Below, piece after piece: positions 27,791-42,367 of a stretch of DNA of 64,000 bases. Position 1 is the stretch's first letter. Every line of letters begins with the position of its first letter. This DNA is from Intrasporangium sp. GTDB taxonomy: Bacteria; Actinomycetota; Actinomycetes; Actinomycetales; Dermatophilaceae. The notes beneath the pieces were generated by a model, which saw nothing but the letters and a program-made list of their open reading frames with translations, made no database searches and was not told where the DNA came from. Where the stretch lies: assembly GCF_032907665.1 (NCBI RefSeq), contig NZ_JAJJPG010000002.1, forward strand, positions 5,320-69,319, read 5' to 3'. Position numbers and translations under genes: made by a program.

Positions 27791-28732
27791 ATGCCGGATT
27801 CTCCACGACGACGCAGACGACTCACCGTCGTCTACAACCCGATCAAGGTCGAGGACCTCGACGCCGACCAGGCAGTCGTCGCCGAGGCCTGCCGCCGACA
27901 CGGTTGGGACGAACCGTCGTGGATCGAGACGACGGCGGAGGAGACCGGCGAGAAGCAGGGCCGTGAGGCGGTCGAGGCGGGAGCGGACGTCGTCGCGACG
28001 CTCGGCGGTGACGGCACCGTGCGCGCAGTCGCGACTGCGCTCGTCGGGACCGACGTCGCGCTCGGCCTGCTGCCGGGCGGAACGGGCAACCTCCTCGCCC
28101 GCAACCTCGACCTGCCGGTCGACTCGACGGAGCACGCGATGGAGCCCCTCCTCACCGGGTCGGACCTGCGCATCGACGTCGGGTTCGTGACCGCTGACGA
28201 GGACCCGGAGGAGGTCTTCCTCATCATGACCGGGCTCGGCTTCGACGGCGAGGTCATGGCGGGGACGAGCGAGCGGGTGAAGGGCGTGCTCGGCTGGCCC
28301 GCCTACGTGATGTCCGGCGTCGCGAACCTGTTCAACCGGGGCTTCCCGGTGACCGTGGCCGCGTCGGGCGCGAGTGGCGTCGTCGGCGCCCCCGGCGACC
28401 GGCTTCGGCGCCACGCCCGCACCGTCATCGTCGGCAACTGCGGCACGCTCCAGGGCGGGATCGAGCTCATGCCGGAGGCCGTCGTCGACGACGGGATCCT
28501 CGACGCCGTCGTCATCGCCCCCCGCGGACTGTTCGGGTGGGCCTCCGTGCTCGCCGACATCAGCACGAGGCATCGCGTCGGGCACCAGCGCCTTGACCGG
28601 ATGCGGGGCAGCGAGTTCAGCATCGAGTCGGCGCGACCCACGGAGGCGGAGATCGACGGCGACCCCATCGGCGAACGGCGCCGGCTGCAGATCCGCATCG
28701 AGCCCCAGTCCCTCCTGGTGCGCCATGCCTGA
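27791..28732 (+). CDS. Diacylglycerol/lipid kinase family protein
   Basis: YNPIK, GGDGTV, PGGTGNLLARNL, IDGD. Confidence 0.9.
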   Translation: MPDSPRRRRRLTVVYNPIKVEDLDADQAVVAEACRRHGWDEPSWIETTAEETGEKQGREAVEAGADVVATLGGDGTVRAVATALVGTDVALGLLPGGTGNLLARNLDLPVDSTEHAMEPLLTGSDLRIDVGFVTADEDPEEVFLIMTGLGFDGEVMAGTSERVKGVLGWPAYVMSGVANLFNRGFPVTVAASGASGVVGAPGDRLRRHARTVIVGNCGTLQGGIELMPEAVVDDGILDAVVIAPRGLFGWASVLADISTRHRVGHQRLDRMRGSEFSIESARPTEAEIDGDPIGERRRLQIRIEPQSLLVRHA

Positions 28733-29603
28733 CCGGGCGGCCGACCGTGCCGCGAACCCATCCGTGAACCCGTCGACCGACCCGGCGGGCCGGTCAGTCG
28801 ACCCGTCCCGGGACTCGGCCGCCCACCGACCCGCACCCGCGCTGGCAGCGCGCTCAGCGGCATACGGTCGGGGTCGACGGATGCTCAAGGCCGTCGGCTA
28901 CGGCCTCGTCTTCGCCGTCCCGGTGACGCTCCTCGCTTTCGTCGTGCGGCAGAAGTTCCTGCCCGTCATCGAGTTCGACGAAGCCGTCATCGCCGCTGCG
29001 ACCGACGTGACCCGCGAGAACCCTGGGCTGCGCCAGGTCCTCGTCGTCTGGCAGGAGCTGACGCAGCCGAAGTGGCCCTACATCGCCGCGACGATCCTGT
29101 GCATCGTCGTCTGGAAGCGCCATCACCTCAAGACCCGAGCCCTGTGGGCCTTCGTCACGATGATGGTGGCCTGGAACCTCCAGCTGCTCCTCAAGGAGAT
29201 CGTCCAGCGCGCCCGCCCCGTGGTCAGCGACCCGGTGTCCCACGCCCCGGGCTACAGCTTCCCCTCCGGCCACGCCGCCAACGCCGCGGCGGTCGCCACC
29301 ATCGTGACCCTCCTGGTCTGGCCGGTCCTCAGCCGGCGCGGTCGTCGGATCATGCTGGTCAGTGCCGTCGCCTATGCGGTGATCACGGCCGCCGACCGCG
29401 TGTTCCTCGGGGTGCACTTCCCGTCGGACGTCACCGCGGGCCTGCTCTTCGGCGCGGGCCTCGGCATCGCGTCCTACGTGGGCTACCTCGGCTGGAACCC
29501 CAGCCACCGTCACGCCCCGCCGCCGCCCGAGGGCACGGCCGGTCCCGAGCCGCACGAGCTCAATCCCCTTCCCCCTGAAGAAAGCGACGACGATGAGCGT
29601 TGA
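28725..29603 (+). CDS. PAP2 family phosphatase (start could instead be the ATG at 28881)
   Basis: K..VQRARP, YSFPSGH, RVFLGVHFPSDV. Confidence 0.82.
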   Translation: MPDRAADRAANPSVNPSTDPAGRSVDPSRDSAAHRPAPALAARSAAYGRGRRMLKAVGYGLVFAVPVTLLAFVVRQKFLPVIEFDEAVIAAATDVTRENPGLRQVLVVWQELTQPKWPYIAATILCIVVWKRHHLKTRALWAFVTMMVAWNLQLLLKEIVQRARPVVSDPVSHAPGYSFPSGHAANAAAVATIVTLLVWPVLSRRGRRIMLVSAVAYAVITAADRVFLGVHFPSDVTAGLLFGAGLGIASYVGYLGWNPSHRHAPPPPEGTAGPEPHELNPLPPEESDDDER

Positions 29604-30285
29604 CCTCCACCGCTGGCGGCGGGACGAGTCCAGACCCAGCGCGGGGGAGGCGTGGCGCGACGCCGCGGCCCGAGTGCTCGGACCGAGCGTGGCGCTCTTC
29701 GCCGTCATCGTCGGCGTGGGCTGGCTCATCATGGGACCGTTCGGCGGCCTCCAGGACGAGATCGCCGTCAACGAGGAGCTCCAGGAGGGGAGGTCGTTCA
29801 CGCCCTTCTGGAACGTCACGACCGACATCTGGTCACGCCTCGGCAACACCGAGATCATCATCGGCACGTGTGCCGTCATCAGCCTGATCATCCTGTGGCG
29901 GACGAGGCAGTGGTGGTACGCCGTCATCCCGGCGATCGCGATCTCGATCCAGGCGACCGTCTTCGTCATCGCCGCGTGGATCGTGGGACGCGAGCGGCCG
30001 GACGTCGAGAAGCTCGACCCTGCGCCGCCGACGTCGAGCTATCCCAGCGGGCACGTCGGCGCGTCGACGGCCCTCTACCTCACCTTCGCCTTGATGGCGC
30101 AGCGCATCGAGCGGCGCTGGCTGCGTCGGCTCGTCACCGCAGTGTGCATCCTCGTCCCCGTCCTCGTGTCCTACGCACGGCTCTACCGGGGGATGCACCA
30201 TCTCACTGACGTGCTGCTCGGCGTCGTCAACGGCGTCGTCTGCGCGCTCCTTGCCTGGCACTGGCTGCGTCGGAGGCGCAGCTGA
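29593..30285 (+). CDS. PAP2 family phosphatase
   Basis: RERP, SYPSGH, RLYRGMHHLTDV. Confidence 0.87.
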   Translation: MSVDLHRWRRDESRPSAGEAWRDAAARVLGPSVALFAVIVGVGWLIMGPFGGLQDEIAVNEELQEGRSFTPFWNVTTDIWSRLGNTEIIIGTCAVISLIILWRTRQWWYAVIPAIAISIQATVFVIAAWIVGRERPDVEKLDPAPPTSSYPSGHVGASTALYLTFALMAQRIERRWLRRLVTAVCILVPVLVSYARLYRGMHHLTDVLLGVVNGVVCALLAWHWLRRRRS

Positions 30286-30303
30286 GCCGCTGCTGCGTGG
30301 CGG

Positions 30304-31092
30304 TCAGACTCGCGCCTTCTTCGCCCGCACCAGCGAGTAGATGCCGAAGGCGACGAATCCCAGCGCGACGAGCGTGAGGAGCCACTGGCCGGCGGGCGCC
30401 TCGAGCATCGTCTTGAGGGCGCCGTCGAGACCGGTGGCCTCCTCGGGGTCGTTCTGGACGGCGGCGAGGACGAAGAGGCCGCCGACGACGACGAGGGCGA
30501 CCCCCTTGGCGATGTAGCCGAAGCGGGCGAGCTTCTCGACGGCAGGTCCGGGGTGCTCGACGAGGTCGGACAGGAACTTGCGCTTCCACCCCTTGTGGAC
30601 GTGGTAGGCGCCGACGCCGATGACGACGAGGCCGACGATGACGACCAGCGCGGTGCCGAGGGGCTGGCTCATCAGGGTGGTCGTGAAGTCAGAGGACTGC
30701 TCCGAGCTCGAGGAGCTGCCACCCCGGGCGAACCCGAACGCCGTCCAGGACAGGACGAGGTAGGTGATGCCCTTCGCGACGTACTTGAGCCGCTCCTTCG
30801 CCTCGTCCCTGCTGACGATCGCCTGGATGAGCTGCCACAGCCCGAGGCCCAGCCAGCCGATGACGCCGACCCAGAGGATGACCATGCCGACGGTGTTGGA
30901 GGCGAGGGCGCTCAGCGCACCGGACTGGTCTGCGCTCCCCGAGCCGCCGAGGCCCCACGCGACCTGGAGCGCGATCCAGCCGATCAGGAGGTGGAGGACC
31001 CCGTTGACCGCGTAGCCGGCCCGAGCCGCCATCTGCAGCGCGTCCTGGTTGCCTGCCTCGCGCGCCGCCTGCTTGACGCTGTGTTCTTCCAT
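30304..31092 (-). CDS. DUF1206 membrane protein
   Basis: ARAGYAVNGVLH, ARFGYIAKG, GLDGALKT repeats. Confidence 0.85.
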   Translation of the reverse strand: MEEHSVKQAAREAGNQDALQMAARAGYAVNGVLHLLIGWIALQVAWGLGGSGSADQSGALSALASNTVGMVILWVGVIGWLGLGLWQLIQAIVSRDEAKERLKYVAKGITYLVLSWTAFGFARGGSSSSSEQSSDFTTTLMSQPLGTALVVIVGLVVIGVGAYHVHKGWKRKFLSDLVEHPGPAVEKLARFGYIAKGVALVVVGGLFVLAAVQNDPEEATGLDGALKTMLEAPAGQWLLTLVALGFVAFGIYSLVRAKKARV

Positions 31093-31150
31093 GTCTCCCT
31101 CGTCTCCCGGTGCCGCCGGTGCGGCGTCTGACCCACCATGTACCCAAGCC

Positions 31151-31234
31151 CCGGCAACACGCCCGGCACTCAGCAACTGCTCCCGGATATTTCACCCGTG
31201 CGTTGCGACGTTCCGGGCGTGTTGCTGGGGTCGG
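31151..31234. repeat. ~85-bp hairpin repeat, copy 2
   Basis: CCGGCAACACGCCCGGCA is identical to 627-644; loop CCCGGATATTTCA; right arm CCGGGCGTGTTG; tail GGGGTCGG. Confidence 0.8.
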
Positions 31235-31258
31235 GCGACTGGTCAGTCCGGCAGTCCG

Positions 31259-32959
31259 TCAGTCCGGCAGGAGGTCTCGCGGTTCGGCGTCGACGGCATA
31301 CGTGGGGGTGCGCGCGAGCCGGGTGCGGGCGCCCTCGAGCATGGACACCGACGCGCTGCCGGTCGTGAGGGCCTCGAGGAAGTCCTCGGCCGTGATCTTG
31401 AGCAGGGTGCTCGGCTCGCGCGCGGTGACGGTCGCCGTCCTCGGGATCCGGCGCAGGAGGCCGATCTCGCCGAAGTACTGGCCCTCCGCCATCGACGGGA
31501 GCTCCCGCTCCATGGCCTCGCCGCCGCGGGACCGGACCGCCATCGAACCCGACTCGATGACGTAGAAGGCGTCGGCGTCCTGGCCCTCCCGGACGACGTC
31601 GGTGCCGGCGTCGACGGTGATCTCCTCGGCGTTGGAGGCGAGGCGCTCGAGGACGGGCCGTGAGGCCTCGGCGAGGATGGCGGCCCGCTGCAGGACGGCG
31701 ATGCGCGGCTCGAGGGCAGCGACGGTGGCGACGTTCGCGTTGTCCATGCGACGCAGCACGGGCAGGCCGAGGAGGCAGAGCACCGGGATCCCGAGGCCTG
31801 CCATCCAGAGCGTGGCATCCAGGGACGTGGCCGCCAGCGCCAATGGGGTGACGAAGGCGCCGAGCGAGATCGCGGCGAGGACGAAGGTGAAGAAGGCGCC
31901 GAACACCCGCCCGAGCTTGTCCGCGGGCAAGGAGCGCTGGAGGGCAGTGACGGCGAGGACGTCGACGATGATCGTCCCCCCGCCCCGGACCACCTCGATG
32001 GCGAAGGCGGCGACGGGACTCTCGACGACGAGGAAGAAGAGTGTCGGCAGGCAGTAGACCGCCATGCCGGCGAGGATGGCGGTCCCGAGCCGGGGGAGTG
32101 CGGAGATCCGGTTGACGAGTCCCGCCGCCGCCAGACCGCCGACGCCGAGCCCGGCGAGCAGGTAGCCGTAGCCGTCCGCGCCGGTGCCCAGCCGCTCGTC
32201 GGACAGGACGATGAGCTGCACGGTGTCGACGCCGTAGACGAAGCTGGCGATGACACTGAAGGCACACAGCACGGTGGCGGTCTGGGACGACGCGATGGCC
32301 TGGACGCCGACGAGCATCTGCCGGAGCGGGTTGCTCGCGCCGCCCTCGGTGACGTCCACCGGCTGCGACCGGACCGTCATCCGCCCGGTGATGAGCGCAG
32401 AGACGAGGAACGTGCCCGCATTGATGGCGAAGACGAGGGCGGGCGAGCCGAGGAGCAGCAGCAGACCACCGATGGCCGGGCCCGCGATGATCGCGATGTT
32501 GTCGACGGTGTTGCGGATGGTGTTCGCCGCGGCGAGCTCCCGCTCCGGGACGGTCTGTGGCGTCAGGGCGGCGGTCGCCGGTTCGTAGGTCATGCCGAGG
32601 ACCGAGCAGACCGCCGCGAGAACGATGGCGAGTGCGGGGTGGCCACCCACCGCCGCGAGCACGGCCAGACCGATCATCAGCGCTGCCGACGCGACATCGA
32701 TCGAGATCATGAGCCGGACCCGCTCGAAGCGGTCGGCGAGGACGCCGCCGTAGGCCCCGAGGAGGAGCGACGGGACGAACCGGCCGATCGTGACGGCGCC
32801 GAGCCAGACGGGCGACCTCGTGGCCTCCCAGACATAGCCCATCAACGCGACGTTGTACGCCCACGACCCCGCGAAGGACGTGGTGAACGCGATCATGAGC
32901 AGGCGAAAATCCCTGTGGCGCAGGACTCTCAGCAAGCCGTCCGGTTTGTCGGTCCTCAT
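31259..32959 (-). CDS. MFS transporter fused to a C-terminal cNMP-binding domain
   Basis: LRHRDFRLL, GVLADRFER; FGEIGLLRRIPRTATV phosphate-binding cassette. Confidence 0.87.
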   Translation of the reverse strand: MRTDKPDGLLRVLRHRDFRLLMIAFTTSFAGSWAYNVALMGYVWEATRSPVWLGAVTIGRFVPSLLLGAYGGVLADRFERVRLMISIDVASAALMIGLAVLAAVGGHPALAIVLAAVCSVLGMTYEPATAALTPQTVPERELAAANTIRNTVDNIAIIAGPAIGGLLLLLGSPALVFAINAGTFLVSALITGRMTVRSQPVDVTEGGASNPLRQMLVGVQAIASSQTATVLCAFSVIASFVYGVDTVQLIVLSDERLGTGADGYGYLLAGLGVGGLAAAGLVNRISALPRLGTAILAGMAVYCLPTLFFLVVESPVAAFAIEVVRGGGTIIVDVLAVTALQRSLPADKLGRVFGAFFTFVLAAISLGAFVTPLALAATSLDATLWMAGLGIPVLCLLGLPVLRRMDNANVATVAALEPRIAVLQRAAILAEASRPVLERLASNAEEITVDAGTDVVREGQDADAFYVIESGSMAVRSRGGEAMERELPSMAEGQYFGEIGLLRRIPRTATVTAREPSTLLKITAEDFLEALTTGSASVSMLEGARTRLARTPTYAVDAEPRDLLPD

Positions 32960-33077
32960 CTGGCACCCCTTGCGGGCCGTGGCGGTCGCTCGACTGTATG
33001 CCCGGGCGCGAGGGCGCCGGAGTCGAATCGCAGGAACTGCCCCGGCGGGCGCCGGGTCGGCCGAGGCGAAAATCCGC

Positions 33078-33099
33078 TGGACTTCACGTGCGCTTGAGA
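33078..33099 (+). promoter_or_regulatory. Possible MerR/SoxR-type operator
   Basis: TGGACT followed by the imperfect dyad CTTCACGTGCGCTTGAGA. Confidence 0.35.
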
Positions 33100-33114
33100 G
33101 TGTGGAGTGTGGCC

Positions 33115-34086
33115 ATGCGAGCAATCAGACTTCACGAGTTCGGGCCGGCGGACAACCTCGCGCCCGAGGAGCTCCCGGACCTCACACCTGGCCCGGGCCA
33201 GGTGCGGGTCGCCGTGCAGGCGAGTGGCGTCCACCTCATCGACACGGCCTTGCGACGGGGGGAACCGGGCCCGATGCCGGCGCCGGAGCTGCCGACGATC
33301 CCCGGACGCGAGGTCGCCGGGGTCGTCGATGCCGTCGGCGCCGATGTGCCCGGCGACTGGCTCGGCCAGCGGGTCGTCGCCCATCTCGGTCTCGTGCCGG
33401 GCGGCTACGCGTCGCAGGCGGTCACTGACCCCGCGAAGCTCTTCGCCCTGCCGGACGGCGTCGCGTTCGCCGCCGCCATCGCCGCTGTCGGCACGGGCCG
33501 CACCGCGCTGGGCATCCTCGAGACCGAGCCCGTCCGTGCCGCCGACACCGTGCTCATCCCCTCAGCCGCCGGTGGGCTCGGCTGGCTCCTCGCGCAGTCC
33601 GCGCGGGATGCCGGTGCGACCGTCGTGGCCCTGGCGGGCGGCGCCGGCAAGGTCGAGAGACTCCGCGAGCTCGGCGTCGACCACACGGTCGACTACACGG
33701 TGGACGGGTGGGCCGACGTCGTGCGTGACGCGGTCGGTGAGGCCACGGTCGTCTACGACGGGGTGGGGGGCGAGGTGGGCAGGCGCTCACTCGAGCTGCT
33801 CGGCGCCGGCGGTCGCCTCGTCATGTTCGGCTACTCCTCGGGAGAGCCGACCCAGTTCACGACCGCCGATGTCATCGCTGGCGGACTCACCGTCTCGTGG
33901 TCGCTCGGAGCGCGCATGCTGGCCCTGCCCGGCGGGATCCCGGGCCTCGCGGGCCGGGCCCTCGAGCGGGTTGCTGCGGGACAGTGGTCACCCCTGACGA
34001 CGACCTATCCGCTCGACGAGGCGGCACGAGCCCACGCCGACCTCGAGGAGCGCCGCGCGATGGGCAAGGTCGTGCTCGTCCCCTGA
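33115..34086 (+). CDS. NADPH:quinone oxidoreductase (zeta-crystallin/MDR family)
   Basis: PGREVAG, SAAGGLG, YDGVGG, GKVVL; no Zn ligands evident. Confidence 0.88.
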   Translation: MRAIRLHEFGPADNLAPEELPDLTPGPGQVRVAVQASGVHLIDTALRRGEPGPMPAPELPTIPGREVAGVVDAVGADVPGDWLGQRVVAHLGLVPGGYASQAVTDPAKLFALPDGVAFAAAIAAVGTGRTALGILETEPVRAADTVLIPSAAGGLGWLLAQSARDAGATVVALAGGAGKVERLRELGVDHTVDYTVDGWADVVRDAVGEATVVYDGVGGEVGRRSLELLGAGGRLVMFGYSSGEPTQFTTADVIAGGLTVSWSLGARMLALPGGIPGLAGRALERVAAGQWSPLTTTYPLDEAARAHADLEERRAMGKVVLVP

Positions 34087-34103
34087 GCCACGGACACAGG
34101 GCA

Positions 34104-36647
34104 TCAGCCTCCGAGGCGCTCGAAGCCCGTGACCGTGAGGACCGCCGCCCCGACCTCGTCGCTCGCGCTCAGGTCGACCTCGGCGGTGATGCCCCAGTCC
34201 CGGTGGCCCTCGGGGTCGAGCACGACCTGGCGCAGTCGCCAGGTGCCGGGGAGCTTCTCGACCTGGAGCAGGGCAGGCGAGCGGGCCTGCTGGTCGGTCC
34301 CGATCGAGTCGTGCTCGTCGTAGTAGGCGCCGAGGGCGTCGTTCCAGGCGCTGGCATCCATGGCGACCTGCTGTGGGGGATCGGTCAGCTCGGCGACCCG
34401 TGCCTCGAGCTCGCCGAGCGCCTCCCACTGGTCGCGCGCCGCCAGCTCCACCCGGTGGAACATCGCGTTGCGGACGAGCACCATGAAGGCGCGTTCGTTG
34501 GCGGTGATCGGACGGGTGGGTGGCGTGACGTCGTCCTCCCGGGTGAGGACCTGGGCGGGGTTGACGAGGTCCTCCCACTCGTCGAGCAGGCTGGAGTCGG
34601 TCTGACGGACGAGCTCGCCGAGCCACTCGATGATGTCCTCGAGCTCCTCGCTCCGATGCGACTCCGGGACGGTGTGCTTCAGCGTCCGGTAGGCGTCCGT
34701 GAGGTAGCGCAGCAGCAGGCCCTCGGAGCGGGAGAGGCCGTAGGCGGAGACGAACTCGTTGAACGTCATGCCGCGCTCGTACATCTCGCGGACCACGGAC
34801 TTCGGTGACAGGGCGTCGGCCGAGACCCAGGGATGGGTCTGCCGGTAGGCCGCGAGGGTGACCTCCAGGAGGTCGGCCAGCGGCTTGGGCCAGGTGACCT
34901 CCTCGAGCCGCTCCATGCGCTCCTCGTACTCGACGCCGTCGAGCTTCATCGCGGCGACCGCCTCTCCCCGGGCCCGGTGCTCCTGGGCCCAGAGGACCTG
35001 TCGCGGGTCCTCGAGGATCGCCTCGATGACCGAGACGATGTCGCGGGCATGCGTCTCGGACTCCGGGTCGAGGGTGTCCATCACGGCGAGGGCGAACGGG
35101 GCGAGGGGCTGGTTGAGTGCGAAGTCCCGTTGCAGGTCGATGGTGAGGGCATGGCGCCGCCCGGACGCGTCGGGAGCCGCCAACCGCTCGACGACCCCCG
35201 AGGTGATCAGCTCGCGAGCCAGGACGAGCGCGTGGCGGCCGAGCCGGCGCTGGTCCTTGTCGTCGTGGTGGCTCTCGCGGATGAGCCGGACCGCGTGGGC
35301 CACCGGGTTCCCTTGGCGGGCAAGGAGGTTGATGAGCACGGCGTGGGACATGCGCAGCCGGGGCTGGAGCGGCTCCGGCTCGGCCGCGATGAGCCGCTCG
35401 AAGGTCTCGCGGGACCAGGTGATGAAGCCGTCGGGGGCCTTCTTCCGCTGGACCTTGCGCTGCTTCTTCGGGTCGTCGCCGGCCTTCTCGACGGCGCGGA
35501 GGTTCTCGATGACGTGCTCCGGCGCCTGCGCGACGACCCAGCCGCGGGCGTCGAAACCCGCCCGGCCGGCCCTCCCGACGATCTGGTGGAACTCGCGCGC
35601 CTTGAGCATCCGCTGCTTCGTGCCGTCGAACTTGGTCAGCCCGGTGAGCAGCACGGTCCGGATCGGCACGTTGATCCCGACGCCGAGCGTGTCCGTGCCG
35701 CAGATGACCTTGAGCAGGCCGTCCTGGGCGAGCTGCTCGACGAGCCTGCGGTACTTCGGCAGCATGCCGGCGTGGTGCACGCCGATCCCGTGGCGCACGA
35801 GGCGCGACAGCGTCCGGCCGAAGCCTGCGCCGAACCGGAAGCCGCCGATCCGCTCCGCGATGGCGTCGCGCTCCTCACGCGAGGTGATCCGGACTCCCAT
35901 CAGGCCCTGGGCCCGCTCGAGGGCGGCCGCCTGCGTGAAGTGGACGACGTAGACCGGGGCGCGTCCTGCCTCGAGGAGCTCCTCGATCGTCTCGTGCAAC
36001 GGGGTCTCGGCGTAGGAGAACTCGAGCGGGACCGGCCGCTCCGTGCCCGCGATGACGGCGGTGGCCCGTCCGGTGCGTCGCGTGAGGTCGTCCCGGAACA
36101 TCGTCACGTCGCCGAGCGTCGCGGACATGAGGACGAACTGGGCCTGCGGGAGCTCGAGGATCGGCACCTGCCAGGCCCAGCCGCGGTCGGGCTCGGAGTA
36201 GAAGTGGAACTCGTCCATGATGACGAGGCCGACGTCGGCCGCGGATCCCTCGCGGAGCGCGATGTTGGCGAGGATCTCGGCGGTGCAGCAGATGATCGGG
36301 GCGTCCGCGTTGACGGACGCGTCGCCGGTGATCATCCCGACGTTGTCGGCGCCGAACTGGGCGCAGAGCGCGAAGAACTTCTCGGACACGAGCGCCTTGA
36401 TCGGCGCGGTGTAGAAGGAGACGCGGTCCTCGGCGAGGGCGGTCAGGTGCGCGGCGCTCGCGACGAGCGACTTCCCCGACCCGGTGGGGGTCGCGAGGAT
36501 GACGTTGCTGCCGCTCAGGATCTCGAGGAACGCCTCGTCCTGGTGGGGGTAGAGCGTGAGCCCCTGCTCGCTCGACCACTCGGTGAAGACCTCGTAGAGG
36601 CTGTCGGGATCCGGGTTGGCGGGGATCCGCTCACTGAGGTTCTTCAC
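34104..36647 (-). CDS. DEAD/DEAH (Ski2-like) helicase with DUF3516
   Basis: PTGSGKS, DEFH, SAT, HHAGMLP, QIVGRAGR. Confidence 0.9.
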   Translation of the reverse strand: MKNLSERIPANPDPDSLYEVFTEWSSEQGLTLYPHQDEAFLEILSGSNVILATPTGSGKSLVASAAHLTALAEDRVSFYTAPIKALVSEKFFALCAQFGADNVGMITGDASVNADAPIICCTAEILANIALREGSAADVGLVIMDEFHFYSEPDRGWAWQVPILELPQAQFVLMSATLGDVTMFRDDLTRRTGRATAVIAGTERPVPLEFSYAETPLHETIEELLEAGRAPVYVVHFTQAAALERAQGLMGVRITSREERDAIAERIGGFRFGAGFGRTLSRLVRHGIGVHHAGMLPKYRRLVEQLAQDGLLKVICGTDTLGVGINVPIRTVLLTGLTKFDGTKQRMLKAREFHQIVGRAGRAGFDARGWVVAQAPEHVIENLRAVEKAGDDPKKQRKVQRKKAPDGFITWSRETFERLIAAEPEPLQPRLRMSHAVLINLLARQGNPVAHAVRLIRESHHDDKDQRRLGRHALVLARELITSGVVERLAAPDASGRRHALTIDLQRDFALNQPLAPFALAVMDTLDPESETHARDIVSVIEAILEDPRQVLWAQEHRARGEAVAAMKLDGVEYEERMERLEEVTWPKPLADLLEVTLAAYRQTHPWVSADALSPKSVVREMYERGMTFNEFVSAYGLSRSEGLLLRYLTDAYRTLKHTVPESHRSEELEDIIEWLGELVRQTDSSLLDEWEDLVNPAQVLTREDDVTPPTRPITANERAFMVLVRNAMFHRVELAARDQWEALGELEARVAELTDPPQQVAMDASAWNDALGAYYDEHDSIGTDQQARSPALLQVEKLPGTWRLRQVVLDPEGHRDWGITAEVDLSASDEVGAAVLTVTGFERLGG

Positions 36648-36735
36648 CCCGTGAGTATGCCGCCGGGTAGGCTCGTGCGCCCAACGCGGGCCGTGGTGCG
36701 GGGCAGGGGATGGGGCGGAGCGGACCGTATGCCGC

Positions 36736-37236
36736 TCAGTCGCGGGCGGCGCGTCGCTCGAGGGCGCGCTCGAGGAGGGTCAAGGCGTGCACAGTGGTCC
36801 GGTCGAGGATGTCCTCGGGCTCTCCGTCCCAGCGCTGCAGGTCCGTGGTGACCTCGCCGTGGCTGCTCAACCCGAACCACACCGTGCCCGGCGGCTCGCC
36901 GTCCTGCGGGTCGGGCCCGCCGACCCCGGTGACGGCGACGGCGAGGTCGGCGTCGAGGAGGCCGGCAACCCCGACGGCCATCGCCGCGGCGGCCACCTCG
37001 CTGACCACAGGTCCGTCCGGCACCCCGAGCACGCGGTGCTTGACGTCGCTCGCATACGCCACGAGACACCCCTGGAACCACTCGCTGGAGTGGGGCGCCG
37101 CTCCGAGGTGGCACGAGACCTTCCCCCCGGTGAGGGACTCGGCGACTGCGATGGTGCGGGCGTCGCGCATCGCGGCGCGGGCGATCGCCGCCGAGGCCCG
37201 CTCGGCCTGGCTGGTGAGGTCATCAGGCGTGCTCAT
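36736..37236 (-). CDS. CinA C-terminal domain protein (NMN amidohydrolase-like)
   Basis: AESLTGG, LVAYAS, VTGVGGP, PGTVW. Confidence 0.87.
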   Translation of the reverse strand: MSTPDDLTSQAERASAAIARAAMRDARTIAVAESLTGGKVSCHLGAAPHSSEWFQGCLVAYASDVKHRVLGVPDGPVVSEVAAAAMAVGVAGLLDADLAVAVTGVGGPDPQDGEPPGTVWFGLSSHGEVTTDLQRWDGEPEDILDRTTVHALTLLERALERRAARD

Positions 37237-37340
37237 GCCCAGTCCTTACCCGTGATGGCGGTCCTGCGGTCAGCGCGTCGCGACGGTCCGGCCACGGGTG
37301 CCGGGGCGGTGTGTCACCGCCAGGTGGCAGGCTGGGCCCG

Positions 37341-42251
<4,911 letters not shown>

Positions 42252-42367
42252 ACGCGGGACCAAAGCCTCTGGCGGCCGTTCCGCCCCGATGATGGCCTGA
42301 CAGTGGCACCACGGTGTGGTTTCCAGTTCGGTTGCCATGACGTGGTCCGGGCCGAGAGGAGGCCACC

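Noticed and set aside
26273-28888. 871-aa minus-strand ORF and many similar overlapping ORFs (e.g. 4171-6252, 34833-36851, 56919-59264)
   Set aside because: They overlap well-supported genes on the other strand or frame and contain no recognisable domains.
31243-31270. CAGTCCG(G/T) 8-bp tandem repeat at the MFS-cNMP stop; 18-bp repeat near 61320 in the HNH gene
   Set aside because: Short, low-copy slippage repeats with no evident function.
36655-36667. Motif variant just upstream of the DUF3516 helicase
   Set aside because: Not counted as a core copy. It is adequately explained as a CATACT -10 six nt before a leaderless GTG.
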